Shown piece by piece: positions 9,737 to 19,526 of a stretch of 64,000 bases of DNA (the first letter of the stretch is position 1; every line of letters starts with the position of its first letter). The position numbers and the translations under genes were made by a program. A model generated the notes under the pieces. The model saw only the letters and a program-made list of their open reading frames with translations. It was not told where the DNA came from and did no database searches. This DNA comes from an uncultured Chloroflexia bacterium. GTDB taxonomy: Bacteria > Chloroflexota > Limnocylindria > Limnocylindrales > CSP1-4. The stretch spans positions 196,335-260,334 of the forward strand of contig CAVRKQ010000004.1 of assembly GCA_963722105.1 (NCBI GenBank), in the 5' to 3' direction.

Positions 9737-10419
9737 CACTCGGCTGTCTCCTCGAGGGTTGCCCGCTTGGCTGCCTCGAACTCGGCCTCGGTCAGGTCGC
9801 CGCTGTCGCGGAGCCGCGCGAGGCGCTCGAGGCGGTCCGCGACCACGGACGTGCGTGGTCGGCGGTCGACGAGGTGGAGCTCATAGCCACCCCGCGGTGA
9901 GGCCGCCACGCGCCTGGTGTAGTGGCTCCCGGGTGCTTGCGATCGGCCCCGCGAGGCCTCGCGCAGCCCCCAGATCCCAAGGATCAGCGGCACACCGCCC
10001 ATGAGCCCGAACACGACGGCGCAGATCAGCCAGCCCCAGGCGAGCTCGCCTGGGTCGGCACCGGGCGGGTTGAGCCCGAACTCGAGGAAGTTCCAGCCGA
10101 GCGACAGGAAGAGCGCCGGCCACGCGAGCGAGACGAGACCTGCCCAGCCCCCGCCGAGCTGTGCGCCGCCCCACAGCGCGAGGCCGCCGAAGATGAACAG
10201 GCCGAAGATGCTCAGCGGCGTCAGCGCGATCACCGCGTCCGGGCACTCGACCCTCGGGATGTACGGCCCGCCACTGGCACAGAACCCGCCGATGCCCATC
10301 ACGAGCCGCATCGAGATCCACAGGATCGTCAGGGTGAACGCCAGGCCGCCGATTCCCAGCAGGTAGAGGACGATCGAACGCGGTCGCGGACCGGCCTGCG
10401 CGGTCGTGCCAAGCGCCAT
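9736..10419 (-). CDS. Multi-pass membrane protein with C-terminal SHOCT domain
   Basis: About four hydrophobic segments; GGFCASGGPY...ECP loop; ADRLERLARLRDSGDLTEAEFEAAKR; TGATG coupling to the Mo-enzyme gene. Confidence 0.85.
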   Translation of the reverse strand: MALGTTAQAGPRPRSIVLYLLGIGGLAFTLTILWISMRLVMGIGGFCASGGPYIPRVECPDAVIALTPLSIFGLFIFGGLALWGGAQLGGGWAGLVSLAWPALFLSLGWNFLEFGLNPPGADPGELAWGWLICAVVFGLMGGVPLILGIWGLREASRGRSQAPGSHYTRRVAASPRGGYELHLVDRRPRTSVVADRLERLARLRDSGDLTEAEFEAAKRATLEETAE

Positions 10420-13286
10420 CACGAGGTCGATTGTCGCGCCGCGACGATCGCCGCGCGCACCCGGTCCGGCGTCGCGGGCAGCTGCGTGAGCCGGACGCCA
10501 ACCGCATCGCGGATGGCGCCGAGGATGGCGGGCGCGGTGGGGATCAATGCCGGCTCCCCCACGCCCTTCGCGCCGTACGGGCCGGACGGCTCCGGGTCCT
10601 CGATGAGGAGGCACTCGATCTCGGGCATGTCGCCGGCGGTCGGGATCAGGTAGTCGTGGAGGTTCTCCGTGCGGCCGGGCACGTACGCCTCCATCAGCGC
10701 CATCCCCAGGCCCTGCGCGATGCCGCCGTGGATCTGCCCCTCGACCTGGGTCGGGTTGATCGCCCGCCCGACGTCATGGGCCGCGACGATCCGCCGCACC
10801 TTGACGGTCCCGAGCGCGGGATCGACATCGACCGTCGCAATCTGGGCCCCGAACGCATAGGTCTGGTACGGGACGCCCTGGCCGTCGGCGTCGAGCGGCG
10901 TCGTGTCGGGATCGAACGTGCCGCGACCCGCGAGGACGCACGCCGTCTGGGCATCCGTGACGTCGACCTGTGGCAGCTCCGCCAGCTCGATGGTCGTCGC
11001 GCGGCCCGCGGTGTCGGTGACGACGATGCGACCGGCGACGTTGCCGGCTCCGGTGCCGGCCTCGATCTCGGGGCCGGCCTCGAACGCGATCGCGCCGTCG
11101 TCGACCTCCGCCAGCAGCAGGATCTGGCGCCGGAGGTCCTCCCCGGCCAGGCGCGCCGCGTTGCCCGAGACAAAGGTCTGGCGCGACGCCGAGGATTTGC
11201 CTGCGTCGGCCGTCCGATCGGTGTCGCCGCTGACCAGGTCGAGCGCGTCGGTGGCGACCCCGAGGGCGTCGGCGGCGATCTGGACGAGGATGGTCGATGC
11301 GCCCTGGCCGATGTCGACCGCGCCACAGAGGAGGACGACGTGACCATCGCGGGTCACGCCCATCTCGATCGTCGAGGGGTTGGCCAGAGCCGTGTTCCCG
11401 ATGCCGTACCACATGGCCCCAATGCCGACGCCACGGCGAGTCCCGCCATTGGCGGTCGCGTTGTGAGCCTCGGCGGCCGCGCGCAGGTCCTCCCAGTGCG
11501 GGCGGAGGGCCTCCAGGCAGGCTCCGAGGCCGGCGCTGGCCACCAGCGCCTGTCCGCTCGAAGTTCTGTCGCCGGCGCGGATCGCGTTGGCGAGGCGGAG
11601 CTCGAGCCGGTCGCGTCCGAGCTGCTCGGCGAGGTCGTCGAGAAGCGTCTCGTGGGCGATCGCGGCCTGGGGCACGCCGAAGCCGCGAAAGGCGCCGGCC
11701 GGCGGGTTGTCCGTGTACACGGCCTGGGTGGTCGCCAGCACGGTGTCCCACCGATATGGCCCCATCGCGTGGACGGGCACGCGGTTGGCCACGGTGGGCC
11801 CCCACGAGGCGTAGGCGCCGGTGTCGAAGTCGCCGTGGAAGCGAAAGCCGGTCAGGTTGCCGTCCGCGTCGGCACCTGCGGTTGCCCGGATGCGCGCGGG
11901 ATGGCGCTTCGGGCTCGCGGCCATGGATTCCGGGCGGGTCCAGACGGCCCGACACGGCCGGCCGGTCCGCCACGCGGCGAGGGCGATCAGCGCGTGGACG
12001 CCGAGGTCGAGCTTGCCGCCGAAGCCACCGCCGCAGGCGGTCGGGACGATCCGGACGCTCGTGGGCGGGAGCCCGAGGATGAGCGCGACCTCGTCCCGGT
12101 CCATGTACGGCGCCTGGGTGCTGACCGTGAGCTCGATGCGGTCGCCGACGCGGCGCGCGAGACCGGCCTCGGGCTCGATGTAGGCGTGCTCGACGTGGGT
12201 CGTCTCGACCTCGACCGTCGCCGTCACGGCCGCTGCGGCGAGCGTCTCCTCGACGTCGCCCGAGGCGAGCCGTCCGCGGACGAGGACGTTGCCGGGCGCC
12301 TGTTCGTGGAGCTGCGGCGCGCCCTGGGCGAGGGCGTCGTCGAGGCTTCGCAATGGATCCTCGGGGTACCAGGCGATCGGGATGTCGCCGTCGTCGATCG
12401 AAGCGATCGTCCGCTCGTCGCCGACGAGGGCCAGGACTGCCTCGCCGCGGTGGCGGACGACGCCGTCGGCGAGCGCCGGCTGGTCCTTGCCGATCGGATA
12501 GATCCCGTAGCGGTTCTGGCCGGGGATGTCGCGGACCGTGAGGATGTCGACGATCCCCGGGTGCCGAGCGCGCACTGTCGAGAGATCGCCGATCTCGAAT
12601 CTCGCCCGCGCGTGCGGCGACCGAACGGCGCGCACCGCGAGGACGTTCTCCGGCCGGTGGTCGGCGCCGAAGCGCGCGGTCCCGAGCACGCGTGGCAACC
12701 CGTCGACCTTCGCGATCCGGGATCCGACAGCGGACCCGGCTTCGGGCGAGTCGGCGACGGCGATGGCCGGCAAATCAGCGACCGCGCCGCTCGCCGACCC
12801 GGCAACCGGGTGGTCCCCGCCCACGCGCGCATCCCGCGTCGCGGCGATCGCTTCGACGATCTTCACGTAACCCGTGCAGCGGCACAGGACGCCACCGATG
12901 CCGTCGAGGATCGCCTGGTCGTCGGCGCTCGGGTTCCCGCGCAGCAGGGAGTCGGCCGCCATGAGCATCCCGGGCGTGCAGATCCCGCACTGCGCGGCGC
13001 CGAGGGCCAGGAATGCCTCCTGGAGGTCGCTCGGCGTGCCGTCCGGCGCGGCGAGGCCCTCGACTGTCGTGATCTCGGCACCCTCGACCTGCGCGGCGGG
13101 GACGCAGCAGGAGACGGCTTGGCGGCCGTCGAGCCGGACCGTGCACGCGCCGCAGTCCCCGGCCTCGCACCCGACCTTCGTCCCCGTGAGGCCCAGGTCG
13201 TCGCGCAGGACATCGGAGAGGCGCCGTTGCGGCTCGACGTCGACCCGCACGGCGTGCCCGTTGAGCGTGAACCCGACCGCCGTCAC
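10419..13286 (-). CDS. Nicotinate-dehydrogenase-like molybdenum hydroxylase, fused 2x[2Fe-2S] and Mo-binding subunits
   Basis: GCEAGDCGACT, QCGICTPG, CRCTGY; GGGFGGKLD, GAFRGFGVPQ, GAMWYGIGNTALANP, SSASRQT, GAKGVGEPAL. These segments match my recollection of Eubacterium barkeri NdhL/NdhM. Confidence 0.85.
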   Translation of the reverse strand: MTAVGFTLNGHAVRVDVEPQRRLSDVLRDDLGLTGTKVGCEAGDCGACTVRLDGRQAVSCCVPAAQVEGAEITTVEGLAAPDGTPSDLQEAFLALGAAQCGICTPGMLMAADSLLRGNPSADDQAILDGIGGVLCRCTGYVKIVEAIAATRDARVGGDHPVAGSASGAVADLPAIAVADSPEAGSAVGSRIAKVDGLPRVLGTARFGADHRPENVLAVRAVRSPHARARFEIGDLSTVRARHPGIVDILTVRDIPGQNRYGIYPIGKDQPALADGVVRHRGEAVLALVGDERTIASIDDGDIPIAWYPEDPLRSLDDALAQGAPQLHEQAPGNVLVRGRLASGDVEETLAAAAVTATVEVETTHVEHAYIEPEAGLARRVGDRIELTVSTQAPYMDRDEVALILGLPPTSVRIVPTACGGGFGGKLDLGVHALIALAAWRTGRPCRAVWTRPESMAASPKRHPARIRATAGADADGNLTGFRFHGDFDTGAYASWGPTVANRVPVHAMGPYRWDTVLATTQAVYTDNPPAGAFRGFGVPQAAIAHETLLDDLAEQLGRDRLELRLANAIRAGDRTSSGQALVASAGLGACLEALRPHWEDLRAAAEAHNATANGGTRRGVGIGAMWYGIGNTALANPSTIEMGVTRDGHVVLLCGAVDIGQGASTILVQIAADALGVATDALDLVSGDTDRTADAGKSSASRQTFVSGNAARLAGEDLRRQILLLAEVDDGAIAFEAGPEIEAGTGAGNVAGRIVVTDTAGRATTIELAELPQVDVTDAQTACVLAGRGTFDPDTTPLDADGQGVPYQTYAFGAQIATVDVDPALGTVKVRRIVAAHDVGRAINPTQVEGQIHGGIAQGLGMALMEAYVPGRTENLHDYLIPTAGDMPEIECLLIEDPEPSGPYGAKGVGEPALIPTAPAILGAIRDAVGVRLTQLPATPDRVRAAIVAARQSTS

Positions 13287-14149
13287 GCCAGCACCTTCGC
13301 GACCGCCCGTCGCACGAGCTCGAGCGCTGCCTCGCGGCGATACCCGGCGCTGCCTCGGACATCATCGATCGGCCGAAGGTGGTCCAGGTGCTCCAGTCGG
13401 ACGACATCGACGATCGACGCGGCAGCCTCGGAGGCGGACCGCGCGATGAGCTCGGTTTCGAGCGTCGGGAGTCGCTGTGCCACCTCTGAGCACGCTCCAA
13501 CGGCCACCCGTGCCCGCGCGATCTTGTCCTCTGCACCGATCTCGACGACAGCCGAGACCATCGCGATGGAGATGACGAGGTAGGCGCGCGACCCGAGCTT
13601 CTCGAATGTCGAGCGAACGGTCGTACCGCGGATCACGGGCGGGATGATCACGCCCGTCACGAGCTCATCGGGCCGTCGTGCCGTTCGGCGGTTGCCGGTG
13701 ATGAACTGGCCAATCGGAACGCTGCGCGGGCCGCGCTTCGAGAAGAGCTCCACGACCGCGTCCAGCGCGAGGAGATTCGGCACCCCGTCCGCGGCGGGCG
13801 AGGCGTTGCAGATGTTGCCGGCGATCGTCCCGCGAGCCTGGATCTGGGCGCCGCCGATGGTCAGCGCCGCCGCCTTCAGGCCGTCGAACGCGGGCGGCAA
13901 CGGCGACTCGACGAGGTCGGTCCACGTCGTCAGCGCCCCGATCCACCATCCCCCATCGACGGCCTCGAGACCGCGGAGCCTCGACATCGCCGTGACGTCG
14001 AGGATGTTCTCGTCGAGCAGGCGGCCGACCCTGGCCGGGTAGTGGTCGGTGGCGCCGGCGACGACGACCCATGGGTTGCCCCCGGGACCACCGGCGGCGA
14101 GCGCCCCGATCGCTTCGTTGACGTCGGTCGGTCGGAGGTAGGTGCCCAT
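13283..14149 (-). CDS. Molybdenum hydroxylase FAD-binding subunit (NdhF/XdhB/CoxM-like)
   Basis: VAGATD, IGGAQIQARGTIAGNICNASPAAD, FEKLGSRAYLVIS, PIDDVRGSAGYR; GTGA overlap with the downstream gene. Confidence 0.92.
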   Translation of the reverse strand: MGTYLRPTDVNEAIGALAAGGPGGNPWVVVAGATDHYPARVGRLLDENILDVTAMSRLRGLEAVDGGWWIGALTTWTDLVESPLPPAFDGLKAAALTIGGAQIQARGTIAGNICNASPAADGVPNLLALDAVVELFSKRGPRSVPIGQFITGNRRTARRPDELVTGVIIPPVIRGTTVRSTFEKLGSRAYLVISIAMVSAVVEIGAEDKIARARVAVGACSEVAQRLPTLETELIARSASEAAASIVDVVRLEHLDHLRPIDDVRGSAGYRREAALELVRRAVAKVLA

Positions 14150-14164
14150 CGGTCGAGCGCCGGC

Positions 14165-15163
14165 CTACGGCGCGGTGACGAGCGGCAGCACGCGCTCGGC
14201 GAGCACCTCGATCGAGGCCGGATCCCAGTCGAGCGGGTTCAGGATCAGGTGATCGACGCCACCGAGGGCTTCGATCTTGCCGCGGATCCGCTCGGCCACG
14301 GCCTCGGCCTCGCCGAGGAGGTAGAACTCCTGCCAGTACGGCAGGTCCATCCCCGAATAGACGCGGAACTTCGCCGCGGCGGACTCGGGCTTCTCGCCGG
14401 GCTTGAGGATGTGCACGAAGTTCGAGTAGACGCGCCGCATCCCATCCGGGTCGCGCCCGTTCTCGACCATGAGCGCGCGGATCCGGGCCCAGTCGCCGGC
14501 GACCATCTCGGCCGTGGCGGAGCTGTGGGGAACCCACGTCTCGGCGTACTTCGCGATCCGGCGCAGCACCGGCGTGATCGTGTCGACGCCCTGGCCGTAG
14601 ATCTTCTCGGACGGCTGCGTCCCGCCACCGATCCAGATCGGCGGGTGGGGCTTCTGCGCGGGCTTCGGCTCGATCGTGAGGTGCTCGAAGCGGTAGTACC
14701 TGCCCTCGTACGACACGTCGTCGCCGGCCCAGAGCGCGGTGATGGCCTCGAGCATCTCGTTCATCCGGCGACCGCGCTCCTCGATCGGGATCCGCAGCGC
14801 GGCGAACTCCTCCTTGTTCCACCCGACCCCGACGCCGAGGATCGTTCGTCCGTCCGAGAGCTGGTCGAGGGTCCCCCACTCCTTCGCGAACGCCACCGGA
14901 TCGCGGAACGGCAGCACGAGCACGAGCGTGCCGAGGCGGATCGTCCGGGTGACGCCCGAGAGCGCGGCGAGGAGCGCGATGGGCTCGAGCCAGGCGACGC
15001 GGTACGCGGGCGGTGCGATGAGCAGGTGGTCGATGAGCATCGCGCTCTCGAACCCGAGGTCTTCGGCGCGGCGCAGGTAGACGCCCATGTCCTGGAGCCT
15101 CGCGGTCTGCTCGCCGAGCGCGAAGGTGGGCAGCCGGAGCCCGTAGCTGACCTTCCCGGCCAC
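14165..15163 (-). CDS. Luciferase-like (LLM) flavin/deazaflavin-dependent oxidoreductase
   Basis: GFESAMLIDHL, LEPIALLAALSGVTRTIRLGT, DQLSDGRTILGVGVGW, PKPAQKPHPPIWIGG; start at GTG 15163, just after the enamidase stop. Confidence 0.9.
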   Translation of the reverse strand: MAGKVSYGLRLPTFALGEQTARLQDMGVYLRRAEDLGFESAMLIDHLLIAPPAYRVAWLEPIALLAALSGVTRTIRLGTLVLVLPFRDPVAFAKEWGTLDQLSDGRTILGVGVGWNKEEFAALRIPIEERGRRMNEMLEAITALWAGDDVSYEGRYYRFEHLTIEPKPAQKPHPPIWIGGGTQPSEKIYGQGVDTITPVLRRIAKYAETWVPHSSATAEMVAGDWARIRALMVENGRDPDGMRRVYSNFVHILKPGEKPESAAAKFRVYSGMDLPYWQEFYLLGEAEAVAERIRGKIEALGGVDHLILNPLDWDPASIEVLAERVLPLVTAP

Positions 15164-15164
15164 G

Positions 15165-16365
15165 TCAGTGACCGCCGGGAGCCGCGGGGGCCGCGCCCAC
15201 GACCTCGGCGGCTCTTCCCGGCAGGTGGCGTGTTCCGGCTGCGTCCGATCTGCACGGTGCCGTCGATCAGCACCATCGAGACGCCTGGCAGATCGCCAAT
15301 TGCGAGCGCCTCGAGCGCGGTCGACGCGGATGAGCCGACCGGCGCGTCGCACAGGACGATGTCGGCCGCCCGGCCGGGCGCCAGCACGCCGACATCCAGC
15401 CCGTGGACCCGCGCGGTGTTCCCGGTCGCCATGGCAACGGCCAGCTCTGGCGCCACGCCGCCGAGCGACGCGAGGTGCGCAATCACGCGCAGGATTCCGA
15501 GCGGCACGACCCCGGTCCCCGACGGCGCGTCGTTGCCGATGATCACCCGCCGAAGGCCCGCGAGGCGATCCGATCTGCGACTCGCGGCCGATGCCGTGCG
15601 AACCGCGTGGATCGCCGCCCGGCCGTTGCCGCAGTGCACGATCTCGATCGCCATATCCGAGGCGATGACGCGCTCGATGTCCGGATCCGACATCGGCGTC
15701 GTGCCGCCGTTGACGTGCCCGACGATGTGCGGCCGGGCCTCGAGCACCGCATCAGCGGCGATCGGGTTCGAGCCGGCGATGGACGGACCGCCGGTGTGGA
15801 ACGTCACGGTCATCCCGTGCTGCTTCGCCCACGCGACCATCGGCGCCGCCTGCGCGCCGGTCTTGACGCTCCCGAGCCCGATCTCGCCGACGAGCCTGAC
15901 CCCGGCCTCGGCCATCTCGGCGAAGTCGCGCTCCACCAGCCCCAGCTCCAGGATCGGCGCGCCGCCGTGGACCTTCACGCCTGCGGGACGGAAGGTGGCC
16001 CACGCCTTCGCCGCCACGATCGCGAGCGCCTTGAGCCCGGCGACGTCCTTCGGGCGGCCCGGAAGGTGGACCTCGCCGGCCGAGATGACCGTCGTGACCC
16101 CGCCATGCAGGCCCGACTCGATGAAGCCCTGGGTCTGCTGGCGCGGCGTGAAGTCGCCGAACACCGGGTGCGCGTGGGAGTCGATCAGGCCCGGGATCGC
16201 CGTCGTGCCCTTCGCGTCGATGATCTGGTCGACGCCCTCGGCGGCCAGGCGGCGCCCCACCGCCTCGATTCGGCCGTCGGCGATGAGGATCGCATTGGCG
16301 TCCGCGAGCGGCGCATCGATGTCGCCGGTGACGACGGCGCCGATGTTGCGAATCAGGGTCCGCAT
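15165..16365 (-). CDS. ena: Enamidase-like amidohydrolase (frameshift in the last ~20 codons)
   Basis: PGLIDSHAH, GDFTPRQ, LHGGVTTVISAGEVHLPGRPKD, RPAGVKVHGGA, GEIGLG, FHTGG, GNDAPSGTG, SRNTPPA, all characteristic of E. barkeri enamidase as recalled. Confidence 0.88.
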
Positions 16366-16403
16366 CGAAATTCGCGCTCGCTTGCCTCGCCGCCCGGCGT
16401 CGG

Positions 16404-16976
16404 CTAGCGGAGCCCGTCCTCGCCGACCGCGTCCTCGGCCAGGAGGCCGCCCACGCGGGCGTGCGGCCGGCCGCCGTCGGCGACCGCGATCGCGAGCAGG
16501 AGCTCGTCGGAGGCCGGGGCGTCGGGGACGCTGATCGTCATGGCGTCGAAGTGCGAGCGGACGAGCATCGCCTTGATGTGATGGACCGGGATGTCGAGGG
16601 TCGCGCCCATGGCCCCGCGCTTCTTGACCGACGGCAGGATCGAGACGCCGCCGACGGCGGCTCGCGTCGGCGCCCCGAACTTGGGATGGAGGCAGGCCGC
16701 GATGTGCTCGAGCTCGCCGGCCTCGCCGACGATGCCGCCCTTGCCGTACGCCTCGACCGGCGTCCCGAGGGCCTCCTTGGCGCGCCGCGTCAGCTCCTCG
16801 CCCAGGAGCTCGCCGAAGTCGATGAGCTCGGTCAGGTCGTCGCCGTTCGCGCCTGCGTAGGGGTTCTTGACCACGACGGCGACGGCGACGCGGCGGAGCG
16901 GGCGCGCAAGCGGCTTGCCGCCCTCCTGGTGGAGCTCCTCGACGAACGTCGCCCACTTCCGGATCGTCACGGCCAC
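16404..16976 (-). CDS. DUF1185 / 'amino acid synthesis' family protein
   Basis: [38 protein letters not shown]...[24 protein letters not shown]; GGAGG SD 7 nt before the GTG. Confidence 0.88.
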   Translation of the reverse strand: MAVTIRKWATFVEELHQEGGKPLARPLRRVAVAVVVKNPYAGANGDDLTELIDFGELLGEELTRRAKEALGTPVEAYGKGGIVGEAGELEHIAACLHPKFGAPTRAAVGGVSILPSVKKRGAMGATLDIPVHHIKAMLVRSHFDAMTISVPDAPASDELLLAIAVADGGRPHARVGGLLAEDAVGEDGLR

Positions 16977-16999
16977 GCCGGCACCTCCTCGATCGGGCG

Positions 17000-17005
17000 A
17001 GTCTA
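17000..17005 (-). promoter_or_regulatory. Putative -10 box (TAGACT) of the nicotinate-type operon
   Basis: agtcta on the + strand, 23 nt upstream of the GTG at 16976, in the gap after glyQS. Confidence 0.5.
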
Positions 17006-17050
17006 GCGCCGAGGAGCCGTGCGAAACCACGCTCGGGATCGGCGGCGCCG

Positions 17051-18461
17051 TCAGCCCCGGGCGGCGGAGAGCCGGTCGGCGATGACCCGCTTGACGTTGT
17101 CGACCGGCACCCGCTCCTGGGTCATCGCGTCGCGATCTCGGATCGTCACCGCGCCGTCCTCGAGCGACTCGACGTCGACCGTCACGCACCACGGCGTCCC
17201 GATCTCGTCCTGGCGGCGGTAGAGCTTGCCGATCGCGGCCGTGTCGTCGTAGACCGCCATGACGTCCTTCGCGAGGTCGTCGCGGAGCTTGTGGGCCAGC
17301 TCCACGATCTCGGGCCGCTTCTTGAGCAGCGGCAGCACCGCGACCTTGTACGGCGCGAGATCCGGGTGCAGGCCGAGGACGACCCGCTTCTCGCCGCGGA
17401 CCTCCTCCTCGCGGTAGCTGTCGATGAGGAACGTGAACGCCGACCGATCCGGCCCGCCGGCCGTCTCGACGATGAACGGGATGAAGTGCTCCTCGGTCGC
17501 GGGATCGAAGTACTCGAGGTTCTCGCCCGACGCGGCCTGGTGTCGCGACAGGTCGAAGTCGCCGCGGTTGTGGATGCCCTCGAGCTCCTTCCAGCCGAAC
17601 GGGAAGCGGTACTCGACGTCGACGGCCTTCTTGGCGTAGTGGGCCAGCTCGTCCGGGGCGTGCTCGCGGAAGCGCAGGCGCGACTCGGTCACGCCGTAGC
17701 GCGTGTACCAGTCCCAGCGGCGCGGCAGCCACTCCTCGAAGATCGCCGCCGCCTGGTCCGGCTTGACGAAATACTGCATCTCCATCTGCTCGAACTCGCG
17801 CATCCGGAAAACGAAGTTGCCGGGGCTGATCTCGTTCCGGAAGCTCTTGCCGATCTGGGCGATCCCGAACGGCATCTTCTTGCGCGAGCTCTGCTGGACG
17901 TTCTTGAAGTTCACGTACGAGCCCTGGGCCGTCTCCGGACGGAGGTACACGACCGAGGCGTCCTCCTCGACCGGTCCCATGAACGTCTTGAACATCAGGT
18001 TGAAGCGCCGCGGCGGCGTGAGCTTGCCGCCATCGACCGGGCACTTGAGGCCGAGTCGGTCGACCACGGTCGGATCCTGGAGGTCGGTCGCGGAGAGGTT
18101 CTCGGCGCCGGGCAGCTCGTCGAGGCGGAAGCGCCGGTGGTCGGTCTCGCATTCGACCAGCGGGTCGCTGAACGACCCGACATGGCCTGACGTGATCCAG
18201 ACCTGGGGATGCATCAGGATCCCGGCGTCGAGGCCGACGATGTCGTTCCGCTCCTGGACCATCGCCCGCCACCAGGCGCGCTTGACGTTGTTCTTCAGCT
18301 CGACGCCCGAGCGGCCCGTAGTCCCAGACCGCGTTGATGCCGCCGTAGATCTCGGAGCTCGGGTAGACGAAGCCGCGGCGCTTCGCGAGCGAGACGATCG
18401 TGTCGAGCTCGGAGACAGCGGGCGCGACGTCATCCGCGGTGGCAGTTGGGGGGTTGGGCAC
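17051..18461 (-). CDS. glyQS: Glycine--tRNA ligase, alpha2 type (frameshift near 18310)
   Basis: [64 protein letters not shown]. Confidence 0.95.
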
Positions 18462-18541
18462 GGAGGGCTCCTTCTGGCGGCCGGCCGTGGAAGGGACGGT
18501 CGCGGGGTGCGTTGGCGAGTGATGCTAGCAGGGCTCGGGCG

Positions 18542-19013
18542 CTACTCCGTGGCACCCAACGCGTCGGCAATGGCTTGCGTCGTCTCGCGCTCCCAGTCGC
18601 TGACATCGACAGCGCCGATCCCGAGGACGCCGCCTTCCTTGACCGCGGCGGCCACGACGCCAGCACCCGCCAGGTACCAGGCACGGACGCTCGCCGGCTT
18701 CGCCGGCATCCGCCTCTACTGCGAGGATCGCGCCCGCACGGCGCGCCTTCTCGAGGCCGTCCACGTAGACGTCGCCGTCGGGGGCGGGGACGCCCGACGC
18801 GAGTCGCGCAGCGACGTCCATCACGAGCCCCCCGAGCAGGCTCTCGCCCTCGCCCGCGACCGCGGCGTCGGAGGCGAACTGGACGAAGGCGTCGAGCTCT
18901 TTCTCCGAATTGCCTGCCGACCCACCCGAAGCGCTGATGGCCCGAGCGATGGCCGGCGCGGCATCCACGAGCGCCGCCCAGTTCTGGGGTGAGATGTCGG
19001 CCTTGGACGTCAT
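18542..19013 (-). CDS. Conserved-looking hypothetical protein (frameshift near 18690)
   Basis: Joined frames give ...AVKEGGVLGIGAVDVSDWERETTQAIADALGATE*; leaderless TACACT box 6 nt upstream. Confidence 0.6.
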
Positions 19014-19526
19014 GGCCGGAGTGTAGCCAGGCCTGGACGGCCGGCCTTGAGGTCGAGGGCGAGCACCACTTCGTCCTCCATGACCTCGCCGGTCGGGACG
19101 AAGCCGTAGCGCTCGTAGAACGGCTGCGGGCTGCCCTCGCCCTGGCCCGCGCTCGTGATCAGCGCGTCGCCGTTCGGCCGGCTGCGCACGTAGGCGACGA
19201 CCGCATCGAGCGTTGCCGTGCCGTAGCCCTGGCGCTGGAAGCGCTCATCGATGAGCAGTCGCCACAGGAAGTACGGGCCGGCCAGCGTCGGATCTGCGTC
19301 GAGCGTCTCCCGTGGGATGTCGTCGCAGATCATCGCGAAGCCGACGGCCTCGGTCCCCGTCGTAGACGGCCCAGTAGCGGGCGCACGCTTCCGGATGCTC
19401 CAGCGCGTCCGCGAACGACTGCTCGACGCTCGCAACGAACTGGTCCTGGCCGGGGCCGGTCCGCAGCGCCAGGGCCGCGGCCCGATCCGCCTCGGTGACG
19501 ATGTCGCGAAGCTCGACCGTGGCCAT
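19010..19526 (-). CDS. GNAT acetyltransferase, BltD/spermidine acetyltransferase-like (frameshift near 19360)
   Basis: QDQFVASVEQSFADA, FLWRLLIDERFQRQGYG, FYERYGF; TGATG coupling to recO. Confidence 0.85.

Noticed and set aside
10419-13286. Aerobic CO dehydrogenase (CoxL) or generic xanthine dehydrogenase
   Set aside because: The active-site loop is GAFRGFG, not AYxCSFR or AYRGAGR; the MWYGIGNT motif and enamidase linkage favour nicotinate dehydrogenase.
10431-13583. Very long plus-strand ORFs (also 1899-3947, 3430-5622, 14042-16534, 29485-32274, 48777-51746)
   Set aside because: Antisense shadows of real minus-strand genes, expected from GC-rich codon bias; Arg/Pro/Gly-rich with no motifs.
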